Positions 1 through 11,350 of a stretch of 64,000 nt of DNA are shown one piece after another; positions within the stretch are counted from its first letter, which is position 1, and each line of letters starts with the position of its first letter. A program made the translations under genes and the position numbers. The notes under the pieces are model-generated. The model did no database searches, was not told the DNA's origin, and saw nothing but the letters and a program-made list of their open reading frames with translations. Where the stretch lies: contig CBDCZH010000019.1 of the NCBI GenBank assembly GCA_965224485.1, positions 32,001 through 96,000 on the forward strand, read 5' to 3'. Source of the stretch: Arcobacteraceae bacterium (lineage in GTDB: Bacteria; Campylobacterota; Campylobacteria; Campylobacterales; Arcobacteraceae).

Positions 1-67
1 TGAAAATGCCATAAAATTAGGTGTTGTTACAATAAACGAAGAGCTAATGAATAGTATGTTAAATTAA
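1..67 (+). CDS. 3' end of a gene entering the window; resembles the C-terminal BRCT end of NAD-dependent DNA ligase
   Basis: Frame 2 reads ENAIKLGVVTINEELMNSMLN* (TAA 65-67), similar to the typical LigA ending A..LGV..I.E. Only 21 codons are visible. Confidence 0.5.
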   Translation, partial: ENAIKLGVVTINEELMNSMLN

Positions 68-218
68 TATCTCTTACTGATATAAGTCAAAAATGTTACT
101 TTTTTATCTATATTCTTTAAGTCCTAAGAATAATCTTAAGAATTAGATAAAAAAATACTTAGATTTGTTCTATACTTATTTAAATTAAAGTAAAAAGCAA
201 AAAAATAAAGGCCACAAA

Positions 219-692
219 ATGAGTACTGAAAAAAATAGAGAAAAATCTCTAACTATGACAATGTTAATGACTCCTGATAAGGCTAATTTTTCTGGTAAGA
301 ATGTACATGGGGGCGAAATACTTAAGATGTTAGACCAAGTAGCTTATGCTTGTGCTTCAAGATATACTGGAAGTTATGTAGTAACTTTATCCGTAGACAT
401 GGTTTTATTTAAAGACCCAATTAAAGTAGGTTCACTTGTTAGTTTTCATGCTTCCGTTAATTATACAGGAAGAACATCATTAGAAATTGGAATAAAAGTA
501 ATTTCAGAAGATATAAAAGATCATTCTATTAAAAATACAAATGTATGTTACTTTACTATGATTGCGATGGATGATGATGGAAAGACAACAGCAGTTCCTA
601 AATTAAAACTAGAAACAGAAGATGATAAAAGAAGATATAACGATGCAATTGAGAGAAGAGAAAATAGAATGAACTCAAGACATTCTAAGTAA
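219..692 (+). CDS. Acyl-CoA thioesterase (hotdog fold, YciA family)
   Basis: Motifs ANFSGKNVHGGEILKMLD, VTLSVD and VNYTGRTSLEIG. Confidence 0.9.
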   Translation: MSTEKNREKSLTMTMLMTPDKANFSGKNVHGGEILKMLDQVAYACASRYTGSYVVTLSVDMVLFKDPIKVGSLVSFHASVNYTGRTSLEIGIKVISEDIKDHSIKNTNVCYFTMIAMDDDGKTTAVPKLKLETEDDKRRYNDAIERRENRMNSRHSK

Positions 693-709
693 ATTTTTTT
701 AATATGTAT

Positions 710-740
710 AAAAAACCAGAAATTCATTTCTGGTTTTTTT
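710..740. terminator. Bidirectional intrinsic terminator
   Basis: AAAAAACCAGAAAT-TC-ATTTCTGGTTTTTT hairpin with A/T tails, between convergent genes. Confidence 0.85.
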
Positions 741-745
741 ATATA

Positions 746-2338
746 TTATTTACTTTCTTTATTTTCTAAAAAGTCCTCATAAGAACCTTTAAAGTCTACA
801 ATAGAACCATCTTCTTGAATTTCTATAATTCTATTTGCATAAGCATCTAATAACTCTCTATCATGAGATACACAAACAACAGAACCAGGATAAGCTAATA
901 GTCCCTCACCTAAAGCAATAATTGCTTCTAAGTCTAAGTGATTTGTAGGTTCATCTAAAACCATAAAGTTTGGTTGTTCTAACATGATTTTTGAAAGCAT
1001 CATTCTATGCTTTTCACCACCACTACAAGACTTAACAGATTTTTCTTGCTCAACACCATTAAATAACATTCGTCCCAAGCAGTTTCTAATTTCAGCAATA
1101 TCAGCATCTCTATCAAAAGCTCTTAACCAATCATATAAAGTCATATCTCCTGCAATTAAATCAGTTGCATTTTGTGGGAAATAACCATTTTGAATAGTAG
1201 CTCCCCAATGAACAGTTCCGCTATCTGCTTTTAGATTTTCAACTAAAATTTCACAAAGTGTTGTTTTCCCAATACCATTTGGACCAATTATCGCAACTTT
1301 ATCACCTTTTTCTACTGAAAAAGTAATATCATTTAAGACAGTTTTTCCTTCAAAAGATTTAGAAATATTTTTAATAATTAATAACTCTTTTCCAACTTCT
1401 CTTTTTTGTTTAAAGATAATAGAAGGATCTCTTCTTGAAGAAATTTTAATCTCTCCAACATCAAGTTTATCAAGTTGTTTTTGTCTAGATGTTGCCTGTT
1501 TTGCCTTAGAAGCATTTGCAGAAAATCTTGCGATAAATTTTTCAAGTTCATCTTTTTCTTTAAGCTTTTTACCCATATCTTTTTCATTTTGTTTTGCAAT
1601 TACTGTTGAAGCAATATACCAATCATCATAATTACCAGTAAATTCTCTAATTTGTTTATAATCTACATCTAAAATATTTGTACAAACAGCATTTAAAAAG
1701 TGTCTATCATGAGAAATTACAACCATAGTTCCATCATGATGTTGTAATTTATTTTCTAACCAACCAATAGTTGCAATATCAAGATTATTTGTAGGCTCAT
1801 CTAAAAATAACACATCTGGTTTTGGATATAAAACCTGTGCAAGTAATACTTTAAATTTATCTCCACCTGTAATAGTTGACATTAAATCATTTTGACTTGA
1901 AGAAGGGAAACCTAAATCTTCTAATACTTTAGTAATTTTTACATCATATTCATATGTTGGATCTTCTTCACAGCAGATAATTTCAAGAACCCCAAGTCTA
2001 TCCCCTATTTCATCGGTATACTCTTCTAAATAAAGTTTTTCTTTTTCTTTAATTGCATCATATAATCTTTTATTTCCTAAAAGAACTGTATCAAAAATTG
2101 AATACTCTTCATAAGCATATTGATTTTGTCCTAAAGTTCCAACTTTTTTACCATTTTGAACTTGAACTTCACCATCAGTTGCATCTTCATTTCCTGCTAG
2201 AATTTTTAAAAAAGTAGTTTTACCTGCACCATTAGCACCAATAAGACCATATCTTTTTCCAGTATCAAGCTTAATATTTATTTCTTGAAATAAAACTCTT
2301 GAACCATAGGTTTTTTTTAAATTTACCGTTTGAACCAT
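746..2338 (-). CDS. ABC-F family ATPase (YbiT-like ribosome-associated factor)
   Basis: Two ABC domains (GANGAGKT, GPNGIGKT, two LDEPTN motifs), linker FIARFSANASKAKQATSR, no transmembrane segments. Confidence 0.92.
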   Translation of the reverse strand: MVQTVNLKKTYGSRVLFQEINIKLDTGKRYGLIGANGAGKTTFLKILAGNEDATDGEVQVQNGKKVGTLGQNQYAYEEYSIFDTVLLGNKRLYDAIKEKEKLYLEEYTDEIGDRLGVLEIICCEEDPTYEYDVKITKVLEDLGFPSSSQNDLMSTITGGDKFKVLLAQVLYPKPDVLFLDEPTNNLDIATIGWLENKLQHHDGTMVVISHDRHFLNAVCTNILDVDYKQIREFTGNYDDWYIASTVIAKQNEKDMGKKLKEKDELEKFIARFSANASKAKQATSRQKQLDKLDVGEIKISSRRDPSIIFKQKREVGKELLIIKNISKSFEGKTVLNDITFSVEKGDKVAIIGPNGIGKTTLCEILVENLKADSGTVHWGATIQNGYFPQNATDLIAGDMTLYDWLRAFDRDADIAEIRNCLGRMLFNGVEQEKSVKSCSGGEKHRMMLSKIMLEQPNFMVLDEPTNHLDLEAIIALGEGLLAYPGSVVCVSHDRELLDAYANRIIEIQEDGSIVDFKGSYEDFLENKESK

Positions 2339-2432
2339 TTAATATCCTGTTTAATATTTTATTATTTCGCGATTATATCCAAATAAGAGCAATATTCATA
2401 GCTTTTACTTCAATTCTTAATTAATAAAGAAT

Positions 2433-2441
2433 TGTTATAAT
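2433..2441 (+). promoter_or_regulatory. Extended -10 promoter element
   Basis: TGTTATAAT 27 nt upstream of the ATG at 2468, followed by an AAGG ribosome-binding site. Confidence 0.5.
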
Positions 2442-2467
2442 TAATATATAAGAATAAAGGCATTAAG

Positions 2468-3349
2468 ATGATTGATATACATAAATATTCATATGATGAA
2501 GTTAACATTATTTCAAAAGAAACTACATATTTTATAAAAGAACATTTAACTATTTATACAAATATTCTTGAAAAAATTATTTGCAAACTTGAAATAAGTG
2601 ATGAACTAATTCTTCGACATAAAACACTAAAAGCATGTAATTTTGATACATATTTAAAAAAATATTTAAAAGAAGAGAAAAAAAATCATGAAGTAAAAAA
2701 ACTAGTTGATTTACATGATACTTTCCATAAATTAATTTTATTTATTCTAGAAAAAACTAAAGATAATAAAAAAATAACAAGTAAAGAATTTCAAAAACTT
2801 TCATCTGTACATATGAAGTTTATACATTTATTAAATGAAATTTCTCTATCTTTAGAATTTGTTAAATATCAATTTGATAAATTAACTTATACTTGGTCTA
2901 GGGAAATATTTTTAGATTTATTAAATAAAGAGTTTCTAAAAGCTTCAAGAACCAAAGAGGTTTTTTCTTTAGTGTTTTTTGATATTGACTATTTTAAAAA
3001 AGTAAATGATACTTATGGGCATGATGCAGGTGATTATATTTTAAAAGAGTTAACTAAACTAGTAAAAGATGAGTTAAGAGTTTACGATACTATTGGTCGC
3101 TGGGGTGGAGAAGAATTTTTAATACTTTTAAGTCAAAGTAATATAAAAGAAGCTTATGAAATAATAAAAAGAATTAAAGATAAAATACAAAATAATATTT
3201 TCATTTATGAAAGCAATAATATTTCTCTTACTTGTTCTTTTGGAATATGTGAATTTAATAAAAACCTCACTATTTCTCAAATGATTAGTAAATCAGATAA
3301 GTTAATGTATATTGCTAAAAATAATGGGCGAAACAAAATAGAAGTCTAA
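2468..3349 (+). CDS. Diguanylate cyclase with a putative N-terminal CZB zinc-binding domain (DgcZ-like)
   Basis: DIDYFKKVNDTYGH and GRWGGEEF; RxxD I-site (RVYD); N-terminal His/Cys pattern EH...ACNF...LHDTFH. Confidence 0.85.
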   Translation: MIDIHKYSYDEVNIISKETTYFIKEHLTIYTNILEKIICKLEISDELILRHKTLKACNFDTYLKKYLKEEKKNHEVKKLVDLHDTFHKLILFILEKTKDNKKITSKEFQKLSSVHMKFIHLLNEISLSLEFVKYQFDKLTYTWSREIFLDLLNKEFLKASRTKEVFSLVFFDIDYFKKVNDTYGHDAGDYILKELTKLVKDELRVYDTIGRWGGEEFLILLSQSNIKEAYEIIKRIKDKIQNNIFIYESNNISLTCSFGICEFNKNLTISQMISKSDKLMYIAKNNGRNKIEV

Positions 3350-3470
3350 ATTTTAATAAATAATTACTTAATAATCTTTAAATACATTTTTAATTTAAAT
3401 ATTAAAAATAATTTAATTTTAAATAAGTATACTTTTATATAAACATAATTTAAAATAAAAGCAGGCTAAA

Positions 3471-4727
3471 ATGAAAATTTTATTAGTTGATGATAGTAAA
3501 ACAGTTACTAGTAATATTCTTGATAATTTAAAAGATAGAATTAGTGATAAAAATCTAGAGATTTTTACAGCTACTTCTAAAAAAGAGTGTGCAGATTTAA
3601 TCTTAGAGCATAAATCAAAGTTTGATATTGCTATTTTAGACTTAGGTTTGCCAGATGCTCCAAATGGGGAAGTTGTCTCATTTGTTGATAAATTCAATAT
3701 TCCTTTTATTATCTTATCAGGTACTACTTTAGATAAAAACTCAAAACTTCTTTCTTTGGATAATCTAATTGATTATGTGCTAAAAAATGGAACTTTCTCT
3801 ATTGAATATACTTCTTATTTAGTTGATATGTTTATATCGAATAAAAATTATGAAGTATTGATTGTTGATGATTCAAAATCTTTTGCTTATAAAGCACAAG
3901 CTTTATGTAAAAGATATAATCTTGATGCTATTGTAAAACACTCAGGAGCAGAAGCCCTAGAAGAGCTAAAAGAAAATGATAAAATCAAATTAATTTTAAT
4001 TGATTATATGATGCCTGATATGAATGGACTAGAACTTACTACAAAAGTAAGAGTAAATTTCAAAAAAGACGACCTTTGTATAATAGCTGTATCTTCAACA
4101 AAAGATAAAGAAATAGTAGCAAAGTTTTTAAAGTATGGGGCAAATGATTTTATATATAAGGATTTTTCAAATGAAGAATTTTATGCAAGACTAAACTCAA
4201 ACTTAGAAATCATAAAACTATTTAAAAAAAGCAAAGATAGAGCAAATAAAGATTATTTAACGGGTATGTTTAATAGACGTTATTTATTTGAAGAAGGTTC
4301 AAAGATTTATAAACATACAAGAAGTGAACATGGAAAACTTAGTCTTGCTATAATTGATATTGATAAATTTAAAAATATAAATGATACTTATGGTCATGAT
4401 ATTGGAGATATTGCTATTAAGCATATTCCTTCTATTTTAGCAAATCATCTTAAAAAAGATAGTTTAATATCAAGAATGGGTGGAGAAGAATTTTGTATTA
4501 TTACTAAAGATTTAAATGAAGAAGAAATTTTAGCTCTTTATGAAGATATAAGAGCAAGTTTTGAAAACTCAGTTTTAAGTATCAAAGATTTAAATTTAAA
4601 ATTTACTGTTTCTATTGGAGTTTGTACAAAATACCATAGTGATTTAGATGATATGATGAGAAAAGCAGATGAAGCATTATATACAGCAAAAGAAACAGGA
4701 AGAAATAGAGTTATTTTGCATAAATAA
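3471..4727 (+). CDS. REC-REC-GGDEF response-regulator diguanylate cyclase (PleD/CbrR-like)
   Basis: Two receiver domains (ILLVDDS...DLGLPD; LIVDDS...DYMMPDMNG) and an intact GGEEF. Confidence 0.9.
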   Translation: MKILLVDDSKTVTSNILDNLKDRISDKNLEIFTATSKKECADLILEHKSKFDIAILDLGLPDAPNGEVVSFVDKFNIPFIILSGTTLDKNSKLLSLDNLIDYVLKNGTFSIEYTSYLVDMFISNKNYEVLIVDDSKSFAYKAQALCKRYNLDAIVKHSGAEALEELKENDKIKLILIDYMMPDMNGLELTTKVRVNFKKDDLCIIAVSSTKDKEIVAKFLKYGANDFIYKDFSNEEFYARLNSNLEIIKLFKKSKDRANKDYLTGMFNRRYLFEEGSKIYKHTRSEHGKLSLAIIDIDKFKNINDTYGHDIGDIAIKHIPSILANHLKKDSLISRMGGEEFCIITKDLNEEEILALYEDIRASFENSVLSIKDLNLKFTVSIGVCTKYHSDLDDMMRKADEALYTAKETGRNRVILHK

Positions 4728-4835
4728 CTCTATTTATCCAATCAATTTAAATAATTAATAAAAAAATAATATCCACTAAATAAACTGTTAACAATAATAA
4801 TGTATTATATATAAATTTTATAAATAAGGATTATT

Positions 4836-5564
4836 ATGTTAAATATAGGAAAGAAACTTTTAATTGCTCTTGCTTTTATAAGTACTCTACAAGCAGCAAC
4901 TCTCTTATCTAAAAGTGAAGTTAATAAGATTCAAGACTTAGAGCTTTTTAAAAGAGCTCAAATCACTGTCTTAACAGCACACGATATGGATAGTTTATAT
5001 CTTTTAAATGTAAAAGTTCAAGATAAACTTGATGTTATTTACCTAAGTAAAGATAAAAAATATTTAATTGCTGGAAATGTTATTGATACTAGTACTGGAA
5101 AAACATTAAGTATTCCTGTTGACTTTTCTACTTTAAAAAATAAAGAAGCTTTAACGTATGGAACGGGTAAAGACAGATATTACTTATTTACAGATCCTCA
5201 ATGTCCTTATTGTAAACAATTTGAATCACATTTTCCTAAAATTAAAGATAAGGTTGATATAAAAGTATTTTATTATCCTTTAGATTTTCATAAAGAAGCA
5301 AAAGATTTAGCTATGTTTGTAATGAGTAAAAAAACAAATGATGAAAAAATCAAAATAATGCTCGCTATTGATAAAAATAATAAAGATTTTAAAAATAGAA
5401 AATATACAAAAAAACAAGAACTAGAACTAAAAAAACAACTTGAAGTTCAAATGAAGATTGCAAACTCTCTAAAAGTTAGAGGAACACCAGCATTATTTGA
5501 TAAAGATGGAAATTCTGTAGTATGGGTTGAAATGCTAAAAAAATATGGAGTTAATCTTAAGTAA
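4836..5564 (+). CDS. DsbC/DsbG-family thiol:disulfide interchange protein
   Basis: Signal peptide, FTDPQCPYC active site, cis-Pro motif RGTP. Confidence 0.88.
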   Translation: MLNIGKKLLIALAFISTLQAATLLSKSEVNKIQDLELFKRAQITVLTAHDMDSLYLLNVKVQDKLDVIYLSKDKKYLIAGNVIDTSTGKTLSIPVDFSTLKNKEALTYGTGKDRYYLFTDPQCPYCKQFESHFPKIKDKVDIKVFYYPLDFHKEAKDLAMFVMSKKTNDEKIKIMLAIDKNNKDFKNRKYTKKQELELKKQLEVQMKIANSLKVRGTPALFDKDGNSVVWVEMLKKYGVNLK

Positions 5565-5574
5565 GTTAAATAAA

Positions 5575-5608
5575 TGACTAAACATAGAATAAAATCTATG
5601 TTTAGTCA
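5575..5608. terminator. Hairpin between convergent genes, probable bidirectional terminator
   Basis: Perfect 14-bp stem TGACTAAACATAGA / TCTATGTTTAGTCA with a 6-nt loop. Confidence 0.7.
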
Positions 5609-5627
5609 AAAACATTAAAATAAAGTT

Positions 5628-6569
5628 TTAGAAAAATTTCTTTTTTAAAGTAGAACTTAAATCTTTAACAGAAGAAATTGATTTTGCAAACTGTTCTTTT
5701 TGAGAAGAGTCTAAACTAAGTTCAATAACTTCTTCTACTCCTTTTGCACCTAAACGAACAGGAACTCCAGCTACAATATTTTTATAACCATATTCACCTT
5801 CTAAAGATATAGCACAAGGATAAACTTCTTTAGAATCATTTAAAATAGCTTCTACCATTAAAGAAGTAGAATAAGCAGGTGCATAATAAGCTGAACCATT
5901 TCCTAAAAAAGATACAATTTGAGCACCACCCACTTTAGTTTCTTGAATAATATCTTCAATATCATTTTGGGATAAAATATCACTTAAGGCTTTTCCATCA
6001 ACTTTGCAAAAGTTTACTAAAGGTACCATATCATCACCATGTCCACCCATAACAGAAGCTTCTATTAAAGAAGGTTCAAAATCAAGTTTTTGTGATATAA
6101 AATGACTCATTCTAGCACTATCTAAAATACCTGCCATTCCAATAACTTTACTTCTATCATAAGAAGAAGCTTTTAAGGCAACTTCTACCATTGCATCTAA
6201 AGGATTTGAAACTATTATTAAAATAGCATCTTTATTATCTTTGATAGTTTCTTTAACAACAGAAGTCATTATTTTAGCATTTGTTAATAGTAAATCATCC
6301 CTACTCATACCTGGTTTTCTTGGTATTCCTGCTGTGATTATAACAATATCACAATCTTTAAAATCTTTTTGCTCTAAGGCAGCTTTTACTTTAACAGAAG
6401 AACTTGCTGCTTTTGCTGCTTGAGAAATATCTAAACTCATAGCTTGTACAATATTGGTACGTATATCTTTTAATATAATCTCACTACAAACATTTTTACT
6501 TGCTAATATAAAAGCTAGGGTTGATCCAACATTTCCAGCCCCGATTATTCCAACTCTTTTATTATTCAT
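5628..6569 (-). CDS. mdh: Malate dehydrogenase (LDH-like)
   Basis: GAGNVG Rossmann motif, RKPGMSRDDLL substrate loop, SNPLD, GGHGD. Confidence 0.92.
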   Translation of the reverse strand: MNNKRVGIIGAGNVGSTLAFILASKNVCSEIILKDIRTNIVQAMSLDISQAAKAASSSVKVKAALEQKDFKDCDIVIITAGIPRKPGMSRDDLLLTNAKIMTSVVKETIKDNKDAILIIVSNPLDAMVEVALKASSYDRSKVIGMAGILDSARMSHFISQKLDFEPSLIEASVMGGHGDDMVPLVNFCKVDGKALSDILSQNDIEDIIQETKVGGAQIVSFLGNGSAYYAPAYSTSLMVEAILNDSKEVYPCAISLEGEYGYKNIVAGVPVRLGAKGVEEVIELSLDSSQKEQFAKSISSVKDLSSTLKKKFF

Positions 6570-6623
6570 AAATATTTCCCCTTATAATTTATTAAATTAT
6601 ATAATAATTTAATTTAATTGAAT

Positions 6624-7509
6624 CTAATTTAAAACATTGCCATCTTTTGAAAGATATTCGTGTGCCATATAAGAAGATCTTGCATATGGAGTTGAATGAA
6701 CAAATTCAAAACCCATATCTAAAGCTGTTCTTTTATATAAGGCGAATTGTTCTGGATTTACATATTCGACAACTTTTTCATACTCACCTGAAGGTGCTAG
6801 ATATTGACCAATACTTAAAAATTTACAACCAACATCTAATAAATCTTGAAAAACTTCTTCCATTTCAGCAGGTGTTTCGCCAAGTCCTACCATTAAAGCA
6901 CTTTTAGTTTTAACTTTTTTGCCACCTAAAAGTTTTATTTGTCTTAACACTTCTAATGAACGTTTATAAGTAGAAGCTTTTCTTACATTATAAAGCCTTG
7001 GAATTGTTTCAACATTATGTCCAATAATAACAGCACCAGAATCAACAACTGTTTGTATTGACTCTATTTTACCTTTAAAATCAGGAACTAATAACTCAAC
7101 TTGAGTGCCAGGCGATTTTTCTAAAATATCTTGTGTTACTTTATAAAACTGAGAAGAGCCACCATCTCCTAAATCATCTCTAGCTGGACTTGTAATTACT
7201 ACGAACTTAAGTCCAAGCCTTAAAACAGATGTTGTAACTTGCTGTATTTCTTTATCATTAACTTCAAATGGTTTTCCAGTCATTACATTACAATAAGTAC
7301 ATCTTCTTGTACAAATATTTCCTAAAATTAAAAAAGTCGCATTTTTATTAGAAAAACACTCACTTATATTAGGGCATTTTGCTTCTTGACAAATAGTATG
7401 AATTCCCACTTCTTCTAATAATAAATCCATCTCTTTTTGTGCAGAAAATGATAATTTTTTTTCGTAACCATTCCGGTTTTTTGTAATTTACTTTATTTTG
7501 AACACTCAT
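6624..7509 (-). CDS. lipA: Lipoyl synthase, with a +1 frameshift in an A8 run near 7455-7462
   Basis: CQEAKCPNISEC and CTRRCTYC clusters, C-terminal RSSY. The ATG at 7509 gives MSVQNKVNYKKPEWLRKK; removing one A joins it to LSFSAQKEMDLLL (885 nt, 294 aa). Confidence 0.9.
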
Positions 7510-7516
7510 TTTATTC

Positions 7517-8224
7517 CTATAATAATTTCATTAGATTTTTTTCTTCTATACTTGTTAAAGTACTATCTTGTAATTTTACTTCAAATGTATCTTTAAAAGC
7601 ATTAATTAATTTATCTATTGTTTCTTCATAAGTTAAAACAATACCTAAATCAAATAAACTACTTCCAAGTTCTTCTTTATTTTCTATTTTTGATATAGGA
7701 ATAGAACCATGCTGAAAAATCATATTTCTAGATCTTTTTTGTGCATTTCCGCCTATTTTAACCCCATTAACTATAATGTCATAAGCTTCATATCCTACTT
7801 GACAAAAACTACTTTTACTTAAAGTAATATTTTCATCATCTTTTGCCCACTTAGCTTCTAGTCCAAGATTTTTATAAAATTGTAATAAAAATGAACATAT
7901 ATACTCATAACTCTCTTTTACGTTTTTATTACCTAAAACAGAAGAAGGAAATAAAAGACTATAAGAAACATCATGCCCATGGAAAAGAACACCACCACCT
8001 GTCATTCTTTTAGCACAGTTATTATTATATTCACTATATTTAAGCTTATATTCATCAAGTTCTTGAGAAAGACCAATAGTAAATGACTTTTCCCACGTAT
8101 ACAATCTAAGAACTGCTTTGTTTTTAATATCAAAAGATTTAACTAAAGTTTTATCTATTGACATATTTTCTTTAGCACTTTTATTAAAACTTTTCAATAA
8201 TCTAAATTGTGCACCTTTTTGCAT
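7517..8224 (-). CDS. Lipoate-protein ligase / octanoyltransferase (LplA/LipM-like, catalytic domain only)
   Basis: LRLYTW, KRMTGGGVLFH, KIGGNAQKR, QHGSI; directly upstream of lipA. Confidence 0.85.
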   Translation of the reverse strand: MQKGAQFRLLKSFNKSAKENMSIDKTLVKSFDIKNKAVLRLYTWEKSFTIGLSQELDEYKLKYSEYNNNCAKRMTGGGVLFHGHDVSYSLLFPSSVLGNKNVKESYEYICSFLLQFYKNLGLEAKWAKDDENITLSKSSFCQVGYEAYDIIVNGVKIGGNAQKRSRNMIFQHGSIPISKIENKEELGSSLFDLGIVLTYEETIDKLINAFKDTFEVKLQDSTLTSIEEKNLMKLL

Positions 8225-8668
8225 ATATCTCTTTTATATTTAATCTTAAGGAATTAACTTAAATAATCCTTACGTTTTGAAATAAAATTATAACCTTTAT
8301 AAAAATTTAATACTGTTATTTAATTAATTAATTAAATGTTTTAAGTTTAATTTTATAATATTAAACAAAATCTATATTTATGTACATTTTTGTTACATAA
8401 GAATCAGATAACATGATTATATTATAAAAAATATTATTTATTTTCTTGTAACTTAATATAAGATTAATATTATAAAGTAATATTTTTTTAATTGGAAATA
8501 ATTTTTATCAATTGAAAGGGGTATTTAGCCTAATTCTTATATTTAAAATTACGAATTTTTCATAACAAGCAAATAAGTTAATTAGAGTATTATGTTAGTT
8601 CAAATTATTAAATATAGTTTAAGAATTGATAAAAGTTGATTAATAAATTAAAAACCTAAGGAGATTAT

Positions 8669-11341
8669 ATGTCACAACTGCATTTAGAAGATGTTGATCC
8701 TATTGAAACTAAAGAATGGATTGATGCTTTAGACGTTGTTATCGAAGAAGAAGGAAGCCAAAGAGCTCACTTTTTATTAGAAACACTAATTGATAAAGCT
8801 AGAAGAAACGGTACTTCATTACCATATCGTGCACAAACAGCTTATGTAAATACAATTCCTGTTGAATCTGAGCCTAAAATGCCTGGAAATCTTTCATTAG
8901 AGCGAAAAATAAGATCTATTATTAGATGGAATGCGCAAGCAATGGTACTAAGAGCTTCTAAGAAAAACTTTAGAACTTGGTGGTCATATTGCATCATTTC
9001 AATCATCAGCTACTTTATATGATGTTGGTTTTAATCACTTTTTCAAAGGACCACAAAATAATGGTGGTGGAGATTTAGTATTCTTTCAAGGACATATAGC
9101 TCCTGGTATTTATGCAAGATCATTTGTTGAGGGTAGATTTACTGAAGCACAAATGGATAACTTTAGACAAGAAGCTTTTGCTGATGGTTTATCTTCATAT
9201 CCACATCCTAAACTTATGCCTGCTTATTGGCAGTTTCCAACTGTATCTATGGGACTTGGACCAATTCAAGCAATTTATCAAGCAAGATTTTTAAAATACT
9301 TAACAGATAGAGGTATTAAAGATTGCTCTGCTCAAAAAGTTTATTGTTATATGGGTGATGGTGAATGTGATGAACCAGAATCTTTAGGTGCAATTGGACT
9401 TGCTGGACGTGAAGGTTTAGACAACTTAATTTTTGTTATTAACTGTAACTTACAAAGACTTGATGGTCCTGTTCGTGGAAATGGTAAAATAATCCAAGAA
9501 CTAGAAGGTACATTTAGAGGTGCTGGTTGGGATGTTTTAAAAGTTGTATGGGGTGGTAAATGGGATGAATTATTAAGAAAAGATACATCTGGTAAACTTC
9601 TTCAACTTATGGAAGAGACTGTTGATGGAGAGTATCAAAACTTTAAACAAAAAGGTGGTGCTTACACACGTGAGAACTTCTTTAATAAATATGAAGAGAC
9701 TAGAAAATTAGTTGAAAATATGAGTGATGATGAAATTTGGCAACTAAATAGAGGTGGTCATGATCCTGTTAAAGTATATGCAGCTTATAAAAAAGCAATG
9801 AAAATGTTGGTATACCAACTGTAATCCTAGCAAAAACAATTAAGGGTTATGGAATGGGTGAAGCAGCTGAGGGTAAAAATATTGCTCATGGTGTTAAAAA
9901 AGTTGACCTTGATTCATTGAGACAATTTAGAGATAGATTTAATATTCCTATTACTGATGATGAACTTGTAACTTTACCTTATTATCTTCCAGCGCAAGAT
10001 TCAGAAGAGATGATATACTTAAAAGCAAGAAGAGAAGAGTTAGGTGGTAGTGTTCCTCAAAGAAGACAAACTTTCTCAAAAGAGTTAGCAATTCCAAAAC
10101 TTGATGCATTTGAAGCTATTTTAAAAGGTAGTGGTGATCGAGAAGTTTCAACTACTATGGTATTTGTAAGAGTTCTTAATGTATTAGTTAAAGATAAAAA
10201 TATTGGAAAAAGAATTGTTCCTATTGTTCCAGATGAAGCTAGAACATTTGGTATGGAAGGTATGTTTAGACAATTAGGTATTTATTCTCATGAGGGTCAA
10301 AAATATACTCCTCAAGATAGAGATCAAGTTGCTTATTATAAAGAAGATACAAAAGGTCAAGTACTTCAAGAAGGAATTAATGAGTTAGGAGCTATGGGTT
10401 CTTGGACTGCAGCTGCTACTTCTTATTCTGTAAATGATTGTCCTATGATTCCATTTTACATTTTTTATTCAATGTTTGGATTTCAAAGAACTGGTGATAT
10501 GTGTTGGGCAGCTGGAGATCAAAAAGCAAGAGGTTTCTTGGTTGGTGGAACATCTGGAAGAACTACTCTTAATGGAGAAGGTCTACAACATGAAGATGGA
10601 CATTCACATATTATTGCAAATACTATTCCAAATTGTGTATCTTATGATCCATCTTATGGTTATGAGGTTGCTGTTATTGTTCAAAATGGTGTTGAGAGAA
10701 TGTATGGTGAGAAACAAGAAGATATTTACTATTATTTAACAACATTAAATGAAAACTATAAACAGCCTGCAATGCCTAAAGGTACTGAAGAAGGTATTAT
10801 TAAAGGTATTTATAAATTAGAAACTCTAAAAGCTAAAAACAACTATAAAGTTAAATTATTAGGTTGTGGTTCAATACTAGAACAAGTAAGAACTGCTGCT
10901 AAAATTTTAGCAAGTGATTATGGTATTGCCTCTGATGTATATTCTGTGACTTCTTATAATGAGTTAACAAGAGAAGCACAAGATATTGAAAGAAGCAATA
11001 TGCTTAATATTGATAAAGAAGATAAAGTTGCTTATATTGATACAGTATTAGGTTCAGATGAAGAAAATATCATCATATCTACTACTGATTATATGAAATC
11101 ATATTCTGAACAACTTATTCCTTTTGTAAAAGGTTCTTTTAAAGCACTTGGAACTGATGGTTTTGGTAGAAGTGATAGTAGAGCTAACTTAAGATCTTTC
11201 TTTGAAGTTGATTCTGATTTTATTGTATTTACTACAATTTCACAATTAGTTAAAAATGGTAAATTACCTAAAAGTATTCTTAGTGATGTTATGAAAAAAC
11301 ATAACATTGACAAAGATAAAATAAATCCATTAAAAGCATAA
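8669..11341 (+). CDS. aceE: Pyruvate dehydrogenase E1 (homodimeric AceE type), split by a +1 indel near 8970 and a -1 indel near 9797
   Basis: [23 protein letters not shown] motif, [19 protein letters not shown]. Removing one T restores [14 protein letters not shown] and adding one A restores [23 protein letters not shown]; the span is 891 codons. Confidence 0.93.
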
Positions 11342-11350
11342 GGAAAAAGT

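Noticed and set aside
8225..8668. ncRNA or riboswitch in the long intergenic region before aceE
   Set aside because: Extremely AT-rich with no convincing GC-containing stems; consistent with a divergent promoter region.
8940..9860. Programmed ribosomal frameshifting in aceE (also considered for carB)
   Set aside because: No canonical slippery heptamer with a stimulatory structure; the shifts go in both directions and occur in unrelated genes, so assembly error is more parsimonious.
8669..11341. Three separate genes as shown by the ORF track (likewise the split carB, ThiF-family and ABC-F ORFs)
   Set aside because: The fragments are consecutive parts of single known proteins and join with one-base corrections.
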